The notes under the pieces: model-generated | What the model was told of the DNA's origin: nothing | The model's database searches: none | The model's input: the letters and a program-made list of their open reading frames with translations, nothing else | DNA from: Flavobacteriales bacterium | Lineage (GTDB): Bacteria; Bacteroidota; Bacteroidia; Flavobacteriales; TMED113 | Direction of reading: 5' to 3' | Length of the DNA stretch: 64,000 bases | NCBI GenBank assembly: GCA_002701365.1 | Contig: NZUK01000009.1 | Coordinates: forward strand, 42,503-106,502 | Part shown: positions 1 to 9,661 of the stretch, piece by piece | How the letters are laid out: every line of letters starts with the position of its first letter | Numbering within the stretch: the first letter of the stretch is position 1 | Made by a program: the position numbers and the translations under genes

Positions 1-1135
1 AAGAATATGAGTTTTGTGTATATCCTTCAAAACCATATATAATCTCAACACTAGTTAATGTCTGTGATCCTTGATTTTTTATTTTAACTATTGGATTAGA
101 GCATGAAGGATTAAATCTAAAGTGTTCTTGTTTTGTAGAAGGTGCTATAATATCCTCCATAACAGCGTCTAAAGAGAAATTTGGCTCCTCATATGTGATT
201 AACTGAACATCATATATATAACTAGCTTCTGCGGGATTCCAATTAGATTTATAAATATCAAAATCTAATAAATTATCTTGACCTGTTGTCAAATAAGAAG
301 TTAACTCATGTTTTCTAGTAGTTGCCTTATCCCCTGGACACCAATTAGCTCTATCATAAACCCATGTTCCACCTTGTGGATATAGTGCAACTTCGCCACA
401 ATCATCTCTCCATATTTCCTGAGTATACAGATTATTATTGTCTAATTTAAGATAGTAATTTACTCCATCTGTAAATTCGCCATCTTGGCCGTGACCACTA
501 ATGGTAACACGCATAGCAGAGTTTTTAGCTTCTTGAGGAATAAAAATAGATGTATCTGGTAATACTTCTACCATGCTTGAATAAGAATTACTTCCAGACC
601 ATAGATTTTGAACATTTAATACATTTCTTGGTGGTGTTCCCTCTATAAATTCAAAATTTAATGTAACATTAAATCCTGTTGACCAACCTCCGTAGAAAGC
701 TCTCATTTTGACAGAGTCAACTAATAAATGAGCAAAATCTGTTACATCATAGGTATATCTTTGAACCCAGTTAGGAGAAAACCCCTCTGATCCACTACCT
801 TGCATATATGTCCCATATGGTGTAACAACATTTGCTAATGTTTGATCATTAATAAAAGTTAGATTTCCTTCTTCATCAAGATTATCTTCTTTTAAAATGA
901 TAATTTTTGTTGTATAATCCCAGCCACTACAACCACTTGAAGAACAACGCATATCATAATGCATTAAAATCTTTCTGTAAGATGTTGTGCCATCAGGAAA
1001 AAAGCCCCACGCGTCATAATTTCCATTCCAATCTAAATCAACATAATTATGCGCCTGAACAAATGTTGTGTCCTCTTGAGATATTATTTCTCCAAAAGTG
1101 AAAATTGAAATTAAAATAAGTATATATTTATTCAT
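1..1135 (-). CDS. Secreted peptide-N-glycosidase F (PNGase F)-related protein, N-terminal ~378 aa only (gene continues beyond left edge)
   Basis: Absent from the ORF track because it runs off the window. My reverse-strand translation from ATG at 1135 gives MNKYILILISIFTFGEIISQ (signal peptide), then KILMHYDMRCSSSGCSGWDY, TYDVTDFAHLL, LNFEFIEGTP, MRVTISGHGQDG and WVYDRANWCPGDKATTR. These blocks are colinear with PNGase F blocks as I recall them (TIKMFIKNECPNKTCDEWDRY, EIDVTDFKSLL, VDFDIVYGTP, LRTTISGWGH, APDRAGWCPGMAVPTR). Confidence 0.75.
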   Translation of the reverse strand, partial: MNKYILILISIFTFGEIISQEDTTFVQAHNYVDLDWNGNYDAWGFFPDGTTSYRKILMHYDMRCSSSGCSGWDYTTKIIILKEDNLDEEGNLTFINDQTLANVVTPYGTYMQGSGSEGFSPNWVQRYTYDVTDFAHLLVDSVKMRAFYGGWSTGFNVTLNFEFIEGTPPRNVLNVQNLWSGSNSYSSMVEVLPDTSIFIPQEAKNSAMRVTISGHGQDGEFTDGVNYYLKLDNNNLYTQEIWRDDCGEVALYPQGGTWVYDRANWCPGDKATTRKHELTSYLTTGQDNLLDFDIYKSNWNPAEASYIYDVQLITYEEPNFSLDAVMEDIIAPSTKQEHFRFNPSCSNPIVKIKNQGSQTLTSVEIIYGFEGYTQNSYS

Positions 1136-1213
1136 ATAGAATTATTTAAAGTGATTTAAATGTATTAAATTATATGTTTATGATAAATATAATGGATTAT
1201 AAATTAACAACCC

Positions 1214-2803
1214 ATGTCAAAAAAAATAAATAATTTTTCTGCACTTATTACACTTGTGACCGTATTTTTCTTTTGGGGTTTTATTGCAGCTTCAAATGGT
1301 GTATTTATACCATTTTGCAAAGATTATTTTAGTTTAAATCAATTTCAGTCACAATTAATTGACTCAGCATTTTATGGAGCATATTATATTGGAGGATTCT
1401 TTCTTTTTATGTATTCATCATACCATAAAAAAGACTTAATTAATAATTGGGGATATAAAAAATCTATTATATATGGATTATTAATATCAGTAATTGGGGC
1501 ACTATTAATGATTCCAGCAATTAATATAGGATCTTTTGAATTAATTCTCTTAGCATTATTTATTCTAGCTAGCGGATTTTGCCTACAACAAACGTCCGCA
1601 AATCCATTTACAATTTCACTAGGACCTAAAGAAACTGGTTCTCATAGGTTAAATTTTGCAGGAGGAATAAATTCTCTGGGGACAACAATTGGCCCCATTG
1701 TCCTAAGTTTATTATTATTTGGAGGTATTCATAGCTCAAAGACTGATATTTACAACATTAATTTACTATACCTTTTTGTTGCTATATTATTTATATTGAT
1801 TGCTATTTTTTTGCATTATTCTAAAAACTTACCAAATACAGTGGCAAATAGTCAGGTAGCCAATACTAGCAAAACAAATAAATTATTTATAACACTAACA
1901 TTCTCAATACTAATTTTTACAATTTTAAGTCTAAATAATAATATTAAGAATAGTGATTATTTAAGTACTATTACATTGATTTTAATGTTGTTTTTTATTT
2001 TATACATAATCAGCAAACCTCTTTTTATAAAAAATAAAAATTTGCAAAACTGGGGTGCAATGAAATACCCACAATTAATTCTTGGAATGATTGCAATATT
2101 TTGCTACGTAGGAGTTGAAGTAACTATTCAAAGTAATTTAGGTGCACTATTAAAAACATCCGAATTTGGAAATATAAGTGAATCTAAAAACTCGCACTTT
2201 ATAGCAATGTACTGGGGTAGTTTGATGATTGGAAGATGGCTAGGCGCCATTACAATATTCAATCCCTCAAAGCTTTTTAAAAATATTTTATTTGTAATTA
2301 TTCCTTATATAGCATTTATGATTGTTTTATTTTTTATTGATCTGAGAGGCAGTGAAATAGATTCTTTAAAATTATTTTCAATATGTATTTTAATTCAAAT
2401 TCTTGGTTTCTTACTAGGAAAAGAACAACCAATTAAGACATTGTTAATATTTAGTATACTTGCAATTATTGCTATGCTATATGGTATTTTTACTACAGGA
2501 ATCGTAAGTATTTATGCATTTTTAAGCGGCGGTTTATTTTGCTCAATAATGTGGCCGTGTATATTTTCTTTAAGTATAGCTGGTCTAAAAAATTACACTT
2601 CTCAAGGTTCATCTTTTTTAATTATGATGATTTTAGGGGGAGCAGTTATTCCACCTTTACAGGGAAAAATAGCAGACATATGGAGTATACACAACTCTTA
2701 CATAATCACCGTTTTTTGTTTTCTATATATTGTGTTTTTTGCAATTAAAATCAAATCTGTACTTAAACATCAAGGCATTAATTATGAAATTAAATTAAAT
2801 TAA
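1214..2803 (+). CDS. MFS sugar:H+ symporter, FucP/GluP (fucose or glucose/galactose permease) family, with a central insertion
   Basis: 529-aa polytopic ORF. The N-terminus FFFWGFIAASNGVFIPFCKDYFSLNQFQSQLIDSAFYGAYYIG matches the FucP/GluP signature region. It is about 80-100 aa longer than typical members because of an insert encoded at about 1829-2040. Confidence 0.8.
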   Translation: MSKKINNFSALITLVTVFFFWGFIAASNGVFIPFCKDYFSLNQFQSQLIDSAFYGAYYIGGFFLFMYSSYHKKDLINNWGYKKSIIYGLLISVIGALLMIPAINIGSFELILLALFILASGFCLQQTSANPFTISLGPKETGSHRLNFAGGINSLGTTIGPIVLSLLLFGGIHSSKTDIYNINLLYLFVAILFILIAIFLHYSKNLPNTVANSQVANTSKTNKLFITLTFSILIFTILSLNNNIKNSDYLSTITLILMLFFILYIISKPLFIKNKNLQNWGAMKYPQLILGMIAIFCYVGVEVTIQSNLGALLKTSEFGNISESKNSHFIAMYWGSLMIGRWLGAITIFNPSKLFKNILFVIIPYIAFMIVLFFIDLRGSEIDSLKLFSICILIQILGFLLGKEQPIKTLLIFSILAIIAMLYGIFTTGIVSIYAFLSGGLFCSIMWPCIFSLSIAGLKNYTSQGSSFLIMMILGGAVIPPLQGKIADIWSIHNSYIITVFCFLYIVFFAIKIKSVLKHQGINYEIKLN

Positions 2804-2809
2804 AAAATA

Positions 2810-5242
2810 ATGAAATATATCATTATTATAGTATTTATACCTTACATACTAATTGGACAATTAACAGTGGTCAATCCAGGCTTAGAAGGACCTACAGGCT
2901 GGGGAATTACACCTGAACCATGGCAAAATTGTATGCCATTTGGATTTTTTGTCCCTGGATACGGTGATTATGCCACACCTGATACTCAACCAGGAACCTT
3001 TTATGTAACATTACCACCAAGTGAAGGCAGTAGCTATATAGGTTTTGGACATATCACCCCATATACTAGTCAACCTGGATTAAGTGAATTTCAAGAAGGA
3101 TTTGGACAAGAACTAAGTAGTCCTATGTCTGCAAATGGTTGTCCATACAGTTTTACAATTGACTTAGCAAATGGACTAACTCCTGACATTTGGGCTGACC
3201 CACCACCAATTGAAACAACAATAGGAGAGGTGAAGGTCTTTGGCGGATTTGACCTATGCTCAGAACAAGAATTATTGTGGTCATCAGGCCCTGTCACTAA
3301 TGAGGATTGGGAAACCTACACTGTAGAATTTACACCAAGTGATAATTACTCTCATATTACATTTGCATGTTTTAAAGCAGATGAAGATGCAGAATGTGGA
3401 TATGTTTTAGCAGATAACATAACCCCAATTATAAATTCTGCACCAACCTCTAATGCTGGCGAAAATCAAGAAATATGTGATGATTATACTACATTATCAG
3501 CTAATTCATTACTAGACGGAGAAACAGGAATGTGGTCAATTATATCTGGAAACGGAGATTTTACAGAATTAAATTCTCCAATTACAGAAGTGAATTCATT
3601 AAGTCCTGGAGAAAATATTTTTCAATGGACAGTTTCAGCAATATGCACTGATGAAATTGGGACAAGCCAAGTAATTATCACATTTGAAGAAGAACCATTT
3701 GTTGATGCAGGTAATAATCAATTAGTATGTGAAAATTATACAACTTTAAACAGTAACAACACACAAAATAATGAAACAGGTTTTTGGAGTATCATATCAG
3801 GAGGTGGAATTATCAATAATATTAATGACCCAAATACAATAGTTAGTGACTTAAACGAAGGTGAGAATATTTTTCAATGGACAATATCACCAATCTTATG
3901 CGAAGATGTATCTGATCAAGTTTCTATTAATTACATTAACTCTACCCTTATTTCAAATGCGGGCCAAAACACAGATGTTTGTGAAAATTATTTTGAATTA
4001 AATGGAAATACTCCTAATTACAATGAAACTGGATACTGGAACATTATTACTGGAACTGGTGTATTAGAAGATCCAAGTAATCCGAATACTATAGTCAATA
4101 ATTTAAGTATTGGTTCCAATACAATTGAATGGATAATATCTGATCCATGTGCTGCAGTTTCCAGTTACATTAATATAAACTTTCAAAACCTGGAAGTTAC
4201 AATTAACGATATTTCAAATTATAATGGATATAATTTATCGTGCAATAATGTATATGATGGTTTTATTTCTTTATCTTCATTAGGTGGATATCCTCCATAC
4301 AATTATAATTGGACTGGCCCAAATAACTTTTCTAGTATTAGCGAAGATATCTCCAATTTATCGCCAGGAGAATACGAGTGTATTATCACAGATGGCTTAC
4401 AATGTCAAAATATAATATCCATTATTTTAGAAGAACCTCCTGAAATAAATCTTGAATTCATAAGTTTTAACGACATGGATTGTTTCAATAATGCATATAT
4501 TGATTTTAATGCAGACGGAGGCACAGGAACACTGCAAGGTTTAGTTACAACATCCTGGGGAGAAGTAACATCATTTATATGGAATGAAAATGATCAATGG
4601 TACTTTCAATATGAAAATTTTGAACAATGGGACGGATTAATAACTGTTAGTGCATACGATATTAATGGTTGTGAAATTATTTCAGAAGAAGTTCTAGTAC
4701 AAACCTGGGATGATCCAATTGCTGAATTTGAAACATCAACATATAATACTGAGATACTACAATTAGTTGATTTTACAGATTTTTCAAATTATGAGGCATC
4801 TATAATAAATTGGTATTGGGATTTTGATGATGGCAATATGTCAAATCTTCAAAATCCATCTCACATATACGAACAAGATGGACAATATACTGTCTGTTTA
4901 ACAATAGAAGATAACAACGGATGTACATCTGAAACATGTCAAATAATTCATATTTATAGTAATACTGAAGCCTATATACCTAATATCTTTACTATCAATC
5001 AAGATGATATAAATGAAGTATTTCAGCCTGTTATTAACGGTTTTATTGAAGATTCTTATGAAATGTTAATTTATGATAGATGGGGTAAACTATTGTTTTC
5101 AACAAATGATTATCAAACAGGATGGGATGGAACATATCAAAATAATATAGTTACACAAGATGTTTATTCCTATAGAGTAACATTTTTGACAATAACGGGA
5201 GAATCGAAAGAATATATAGGAAAAGTATCTCTTGTAAAATAA
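2810..5242 (+). CDS. T9SS type B cargo / SprB-like surface adhesin: N-terminal unknown domain, 3 Ig-like repeats, SprB repeat, PKD domain, gliding-motility-associated C-terminal domain
   Basis: 810 aa with a signal peptide. It has three 84-aa repeats (AG.NQ..C..YT.L...ETG.WSIISG...GENIFQWT). The SprB-type repeat is GGYPPYNYNWTGPN. The PKD signature is WDFDDGNMSNLQNPSHIYEQDGQYTVCLTIEDNNGC. The C-terminus IPNIFTINQDDINEVFQPV...YEMLIYDRWGKLLF...GWDGTYQNN...DVYSYRV is typical of the type B T9SS sorting domain. Confidence 0.85.
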   Translation: MKYIIIIVFIPYILIGQLTVVNPGLEGPTGWGITPEPWQNCMPFGFFVPGYGDYATPDTQPGTFYVTLPPSEGSSYIGFGHITPYTSQPGLSEFQEGFGQELSSPMSANGCPYSFTIDLANGLTPDIWADPPPIETTIGEVKVFGGFDLCSEQELLWSSGPVTNEDWETYTVEFTPSDNYSHITFACFKADEDAECGYVLADNITPIINSAPTSNAGENQEICDDYTTLSANSLLDGETGMWSIISGNGDFTELNSPITEVNSLSPGENIFQWTVSAICTDEIGTSQVIITFEEEPFVDAGNNQLVCENYTTLNSNNTQNNETGFWSIISGGGIINNINDPNTIVSDLNEGENIFQWTISPILCEDVSDQVSINYINSTLISNAGQNTDVCENYFELNGNTPNYNETGYWNIITGTGVLEDPSNPNTIVNNLSIGSNTIEWIISDPCAAVSSYININFQNLEVTINDISNYNGYNLSCNNVYDGFISLSSLGGYPPYNYNWTGPNNFSSISEDISNLSPGEYECIITDGLQCQNIISIILEEPPEINLEFISFNDMDCFNNAYIDFNADGGTGTLQGLVTTSWGEVTSFIWNENDQWYFQYENFEQWDGLITVSAYDINGCEIISEEVLVQTWDDPIAEFETSTYNTEILQLVDFTDFSNYEASIINWYWDFDDGNMSNLQNPSHIYEQDGQYTVCLTIEDNNGCTSETCQIIHIYSNTEAYIPNIFTINQDDINEVFQPVINGFIEDSYEMLIYDRWGKLLFSTNDYQTGWDGTYQNNIVTQDVYSYRVTFLTITGESKEYIGKVSLVK
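3449..4204 (+). repeat. Three in-frame tandem repeats of 252 bp (84 aa) inside the adhesin gene
   Basis: Repeat units start at 3449, 3701 and 3953, an exact 252-bp period. DNA-level similarity is visible, e.g. gaaaatatttttcaatggaca (near 3611) versus gagaatatttttcaatggaca (near 3863). Confidence 0.8.
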
Positions 5243-5485
5243 AAACCCACATAAGAGTTTAAAAGAAATTCAAAAAGATACGATAACTCAGTTGTTATAA
5301 TTCAGTAATTCTGCAATCTAAACTAGACCAGACCCGCCTTAGCTATAACAAACAAAAAGTAAATAATATTGGTGTTAATTTCTCAAACATATCCTACGTG
5401 GGCGTCTAAATTTAATAAATTTTAACTAAAAAAACCATAATTATTAAACAAGAAAAATAGTTTTTATATTAGCAAAAAAAAAAAG

Positions 5486-5635
5486 ATGACTGAAAAAGAG
5501 AAAATACAAGAATTAGTAGATTTATTAAAATTCATTAAAGAAAATCTTGATCATCTTTGTTGTCAATCTCTAATGGATGCTGATAGCATATCACAAAAAA
5601 TTGAAGAAAAATTAAATAAAATTCAAGAGAGCTAA
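5486..5635 (+). CDS. Candidate small protein (49 aa), predicted helical, unknown function
   Basis: ATG at 5486, TAA at 5633-5635. Translation: MTEKEKIQELVDLLKFIKENLDHLCCQSLMDADSISQKIEEKLNKIQES. It falls below the 60-aa track cutoff. In this AT-rich DNA a 49-codon open frame is uncommon by chance, and the composition is protein-like rather than low-complexity. Confidence 0.35.
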   Translation: MTEKEKIQELVDLLKFIKENLDHLCCQSLMDADSISQKIEEKLNKIQES

Positions 5636-5637
5636 AT

Positions 5638-6891
5638 TTAATCTTGAGGGCTGTTACCTCCACCTTTTAAGAAAAATTCTTCAACAAAAGTTACTTTTTG
5701 TTCGTCAGATAAACCCATTAATTTTTTCATTGCCATACTTTTTTTATCCATCTCTAACTGATAATAAATCTGCTTCAGTGTTTCAATTATAGATTCGTCA
5801 GTAGGCTGTAAAAAAAGCACTTTTTCTAAATAAGGTAATGCCTTCAATCTAAGTGTCTTTATTTTACTTGACAAACTATTATACTTTTTTGATGAAGCAC
5901 TTAGTGGCAATGCATCTTTTTGTTCTATAAACGTATTAGCTTCCTCAAGGTAGATAGCAGCTATATTGTTGTGTGCATCCACATAATCCGGATCAATTTC
6001 CAGTACTCTCTCGTAAGATAATTTTGCTTTTGTATAGTCTCCCAAACTACTATAAGTCTGACCTAAAACAGCATGAAGAATCGGGTTTTCTGGATCAGAA
6101 TTAACAGCTTTATCCAAACTTTTTAATAAAAGTTCATTATTCTCAATTGAGATATAGTAATTAACTTCTTCTAATATAATATTCTTCGAATTGGGGATAC
6201 TTTTTCTTGCATTATTAATAGCCTCAATTTGACCTTCTATATCACCTTTTTCTTTATATGAAGCAATTAACCTCAAATGATATTTTTCTTCTAAAGGATT
6301 TACAACTATCAGCTTATTAGACCAATTAATACACTTATCAAAATCTTCTGCAAGAAAAGATGTTACAGCAGCATAAAACATATTGAGTGTATCTATTAAG
6401 TTAATAGACAAAGTTGTATTTATACCAACCGCCCTAGCGAATTTATCTTCTGAAGATACATAATTTTTATTTTCATATTCAGAATAGCCTGCATCTTGAT
6501 ATAACAATGCACATCTTTGTAATTTTGAATTGGATTCTTTAGAATTATTTCCTTCATTTTCAATATCCTGAGTAAATGAAATAGATGCAATAGATAAAAA
6601 ATCAAAATCTACAGTGACTCCATCATCAAACCATGTTTTTTCAAATAATGATAAGTAAATACTCCCCCTACTATGAAAATACTTTGATAATTGCTTCGAC
6701 TTTAATACAGCTCCTTTGTCAATTTTTATTGTTGCTTGATCACTTGCTTCACGTGCATTATATAAATCATTCACATCTTGTTTTTTTAAAAAATCTTCAT
6801 AATATAATAATGAGTTAGTAACATCTGTTTTTTGACCAAAAAGACTACAGCAAAACACCATAGTAATTAAGAATACAATATTTTTCATCAT
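5638..6891 (-). CDS. Tetratricopeptide-repeat (TPR) secreted protein
   Basis: 417 aa with signal peptide MMKNIVFLITMVFCCSLFGQ. TPR-like units are present, e.g. AVLGQTYSSLGDYTKAKLSYERVLEIDPDYVDAHNNIAAIY. Confidence 0.7.
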   Translation of the reverse strand: MMKNIVFLITMVFCCSLFGQKTDVTNSLLYYEDFLKKQDVNDLYNAREASDQATIKIDKGAVLKSKQLSKYFHSRGSIYLSLFEKTWFDDGVTVDFDFLSIASISFTQDIENEGNNSKESNSKLQRCALLYQDAGYSEYENKNYVSSEDKFARAVGINTTLSINLIDTLNMFYAAVTSFLAEDFDKCINWSNKLIVVNPLEEKYHLRLIASYKEKGDIEGQIEAINNARKSIPNSKNIILEEVNYYISIENNELLLKSLDKAVNSDPENPILHAVLGQTYSSLGDYTKAKLSYERVLEIDPDYVDAHNNIAAIYLEEANTFIEQKDALPLSASSKKYNSLSSKIKTLRLKALPYLEKVLFLQPTDESIIETLKQIYYQLEMDKKSMAMKKLMGLSDEQKVTFVEEFFLKGGGNSPQD

Positions 6892-6920
6892 AAATAATTT
6901 TAATAAATAAATTTAGTGTT

Positions 6921-9500
6921 CTAATTAACAACATCACCTGCCTGTATATCATCAGAATGATGTGATGAATCAGGGCTATTTTCATCTGATTCATTAGAGG
7001 AATTATTAATTATTTGATTTATATTTTCTTCCTCATTTGAATTAATGTCTTCTGTCTCATCATCACTACTAATCTCAACCTTGGCTACAGATGATATTTG
7101 ATCGGAATCCTTCAAGTTAATTAACTTAACTCCTTGTGTAGCACGCCCCATTACACGCATTGACTCCACCTTCATTCTAATCATTACGCCACTTTTATTA
7201 ATAATCATCAAACCATCTTCGTCAATTACATTTTTTATAGCAATCAACTTCCCTGTTTTAGATGTGATATTAATTGTTTTAACACCTTTTCCTCCTCTAT
7301 TAGTTACTCTATATGAATCTATGTCAGACCTTTTACCATAGCCATTCTCAGACACAACTAATACATGAGACTCTAAATTATTTACACATATCATGCCAAC
7401 GACACTATCTTTATCTGATAACATAATACCTCTTACACCAGATGCACCTCTTCCCATTGATCGAACTTTTGACTCGTGAAATCTAATTGCTTTACCAGAA
7501 TTAGCTGCGATCATTACATCACTATCTCCATTTGTTAATTTTGCTTCTAACAAACTATCACCTTCTCTAATACCAATTGCATTAATTCCATTTTGTCTTG
7601 GTCTAGAATATGCTTCTAAGCATGTTTTCTTAACAATACCCTTAGCAGTACACATAATAACATAATGATTATTCAAATAATCCTGATCTTTAAGATCTTT
7701 CACATTCAAATAAGCCATAACCTTGTCATCAGATGGCAAATTGATTAAGTTTTGAATAGCTCTGCCTTTTGATGTTTTTGATCCTTCTGGTATTTGATAC
7801 ACTCTCATCCAAAAACATTTTCCAGCTTGTGTAAAAAATAACATATAGTTATGATTTGTTGCAACAAAAATGTGTTCAACAAAATCATCATCTCTAGTAG
7901 TAACTCCTCTGTGCCCAACACCTCCTCTATTTTGAATACGATATTCAGACAATGGCGTTCTTTTAACATACCCAAAATGTGAAATAGTAATTACCACTTT
8001 TTCATCAGGAATCATATCTTCTATTGTTAGATCACCACCCGCGTAATCAATAGTTGTTCTTCTATTATCAGCATACTTTTCTTTAACTTCTAATAATTCA
8101 TCTTTAATGATGTTCATCCTCAAAACTTTATCTGATAATAAAGTTTTTAAATCAGAAATTAACTTCATTAATTCTGCATGTTCGTCCTTAAGTTTAGTAA
8201 CTTCTAAACCAGTTAATTTTTGTAATCTTAAATCTAAGATGGCCTTACTCTGAATTTCTGTCAATTCAAATTTTGAGATCAACCCATTTTTTGCCTCTTC
8301 AGGTGTTTTTGAATTTCGAATTAAACTAATAACCTCGTCCAGATTATCCAAAGCAATCAATAGTCCTTCTAAAATATGAGCTCTCTTTTCAGCTTGCTTT
8401 AATTCATACTTTGTCCTTCTAACCACAACATCATGTCTATGTTCAATAAAGTATTCTACTAATTGTTTTACATTTAATAACATTGGTCGTCCCTTTACTA
8501 AGGCAATATTATTGACACTAAAAGAAGTTTGAAGTTGTGTATATTTATATAACTGATTTAAAACAATATTAGGAATAGCATCTCTTTTTAAAACATAAAC
8601 TATTCTCATCCCATTTCGATCAGATTCATCTCTTATATCTGAAATTCCTTCTATTTTTTTTGAGTTAACTAAATCTGCGGTTTTAATTATCATATCTGCC
8701 TTATTAACTTGATAAGGTAGTTCATTCACAATAATTAAATCTTTACCATTTTTTTCTTCGAATGAAACTTTAGCTCTCATGACAACTCTACCCCTACCCG
8801 TTTCTAAAGCATCCTTAACACCCGAATAACCATAAATGATACCTCCAGTTGGGAAGTCAGGAGCCTTAATAAATTGTATTAATTCTGAAATGCTTATCTC
8901 TGGATTATCAATACATGCACATACTCCATCAACCACTTCTGTTAAATTATGAGGAGGCATATTGGTAGCCATCCCAACAGCTATACCAGAAGCACCATTG
9001 ACAAGTAAATTTGGAATTCGAGTTGGTAAAACAGTAGGTTCATTCAAAGTGTCATCAAAATTTAACTGAAAATCAACTGTATCTTTGTCAATATCTGATA
9101 ACATTTCCTCACTCACCTTTCTTAATCTAGCTTCAGTATATCTCATAGCAGCTGGACTATCTCCATCAATGGATCCAAAATTTCCTTGTCCATCAACAAG
9201 CTGATACCTTAATGACCAATCTTGTGCCATACGGACCATTGAATCATAAACAGAAGTGTCACCATGTGGATGATACTTACCTAAAACCTCTCCAACAATT
9301 CTAGCAGATTTTTTATACGAACGATTTGACAAGACCCCTAGCTCATACATTCCAAACAAAACTCTTCTATGAACCGGTTTAAAGCCGTCCCTCACATCAG
9401 GCAAGGCTCTTGACACGATGACACTCATTGAATAGTCAATGTAAGAAGACTTCATTTCATTTTCAATGTTTATTTTGATGATTTTTTCTCTTTCAGACAT
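6921..9500 (-). CDS. gyrA: DNA gyrase subunit A
   Basis: 859 aa. Motifs: [28 protein letters not shown], the [10 protein letters not shown] active-site Tyr region, and a GyrA-box variant [11 protein letters not shown]. There is an acidic low-complexity C-terminal tail. Confidence 0.97.
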   Translation of the reverse strand: MSEREKIIKINIENEMKSSYIDYSMSVIVSRALPDVRDGFKPVHRRVLFGMYELGVLSNRSYKKSARIVGEVLGKYHPHGDTSVYDSMVRMAQDWSLRYQLVDGQGNFGSIDGDSPAAMRYTEARLRKVSEEMLSDIDKDTVDFQLNFDDTLNEPTVLPTRIPNLLVNGASGIAVGMATNMPPHNLTEVVDGVCACIDNPEISISELIQFIKAPDFPTGGIIYGYSGVKDALETGRGRVVMRAKVSFEEKNGKDLIIVNELPYQVNKADMIIKTADLVNSKKIEGISDIRDESDRNGMRIVYVLKRDAIPNIVLNQLYKYTQLQTSFSVNNIALVKGRPMLLNVKQLVEYFIEHRHDVVVRRTKYELKQAEKRAHILEGLLIALDNLDEVISLIRNSKTPEEAKNGLISKFELTEIQSKAILDLRLQKLTGLEVTKLKDEHAELMKLISDLKTLLSDKVLRMNIIKDELLEVKEKYADNRRTTIDYAGGDLTIEDMIPDEKVVITISHFGYVKRTPLSEYRIQNRGGVGHRGVTTRDDDFVEHIFVATNHNYMLFFTQAGKCFWMRVYQIPEGSKTSKGRAIQNLINLPSDDKVMAYLNVKDLKDQDYLNNHYVIMCTAKGIVKKTCLEAYSRPRQNGINAIGIREGDSLLEAKLTNGDSDVMIAANSGKAIRFHESKVRSMGRGASGVRGIMLSDKDSVVGMICVNNLESHVLVVSENGYGKRSDIDSYRVTNRGGKGVKTINITSKTGKLIAIKNVIDEDGLMIINKSGVMIRMKVESMRVMGRATQGVKLINLKDSDQISSVAKVEISSDDETEDINSNEEENINQIINNSSNESDENSPDSSHHSDDIQAGDVVN

Positions 9501-9628
9501 GTTTTTTTTATGTTTTTTATAGTTAGATACAAGATAATGTTATTCTGAATAATTTTAAACATAAATCATAAACTTTTTTAAAAAAAAATAATGACAATTA
9601 ATGATAAGAATAAAATGTAATATTATCT

Positions 9629-9636
9629 TATATTTG
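9629..9636 (+). promoter_or_regulatory. Candidate Bacteroidota sigma-A -7 box (TAnnTTTG) for clpC
   Basis: Exact match tatatttg 25 nt upstream of the clpC ATG, in the gyrA/clpC divergent spacer. I found no convincing -33 TTTG element. Confidence 0.3.
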
Positions 9637-9661
9637 AAAATAGATGTTATATTAAATTAAT

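Noticed and set aside
6921-7080. Acidic low-complexity C-terminal tails on GyrA and on RpoZ (16875-16990)
   Set aside because: Such tails are common in these families and in AT-rich genomes, and there is no evidence of a separate function or gene.
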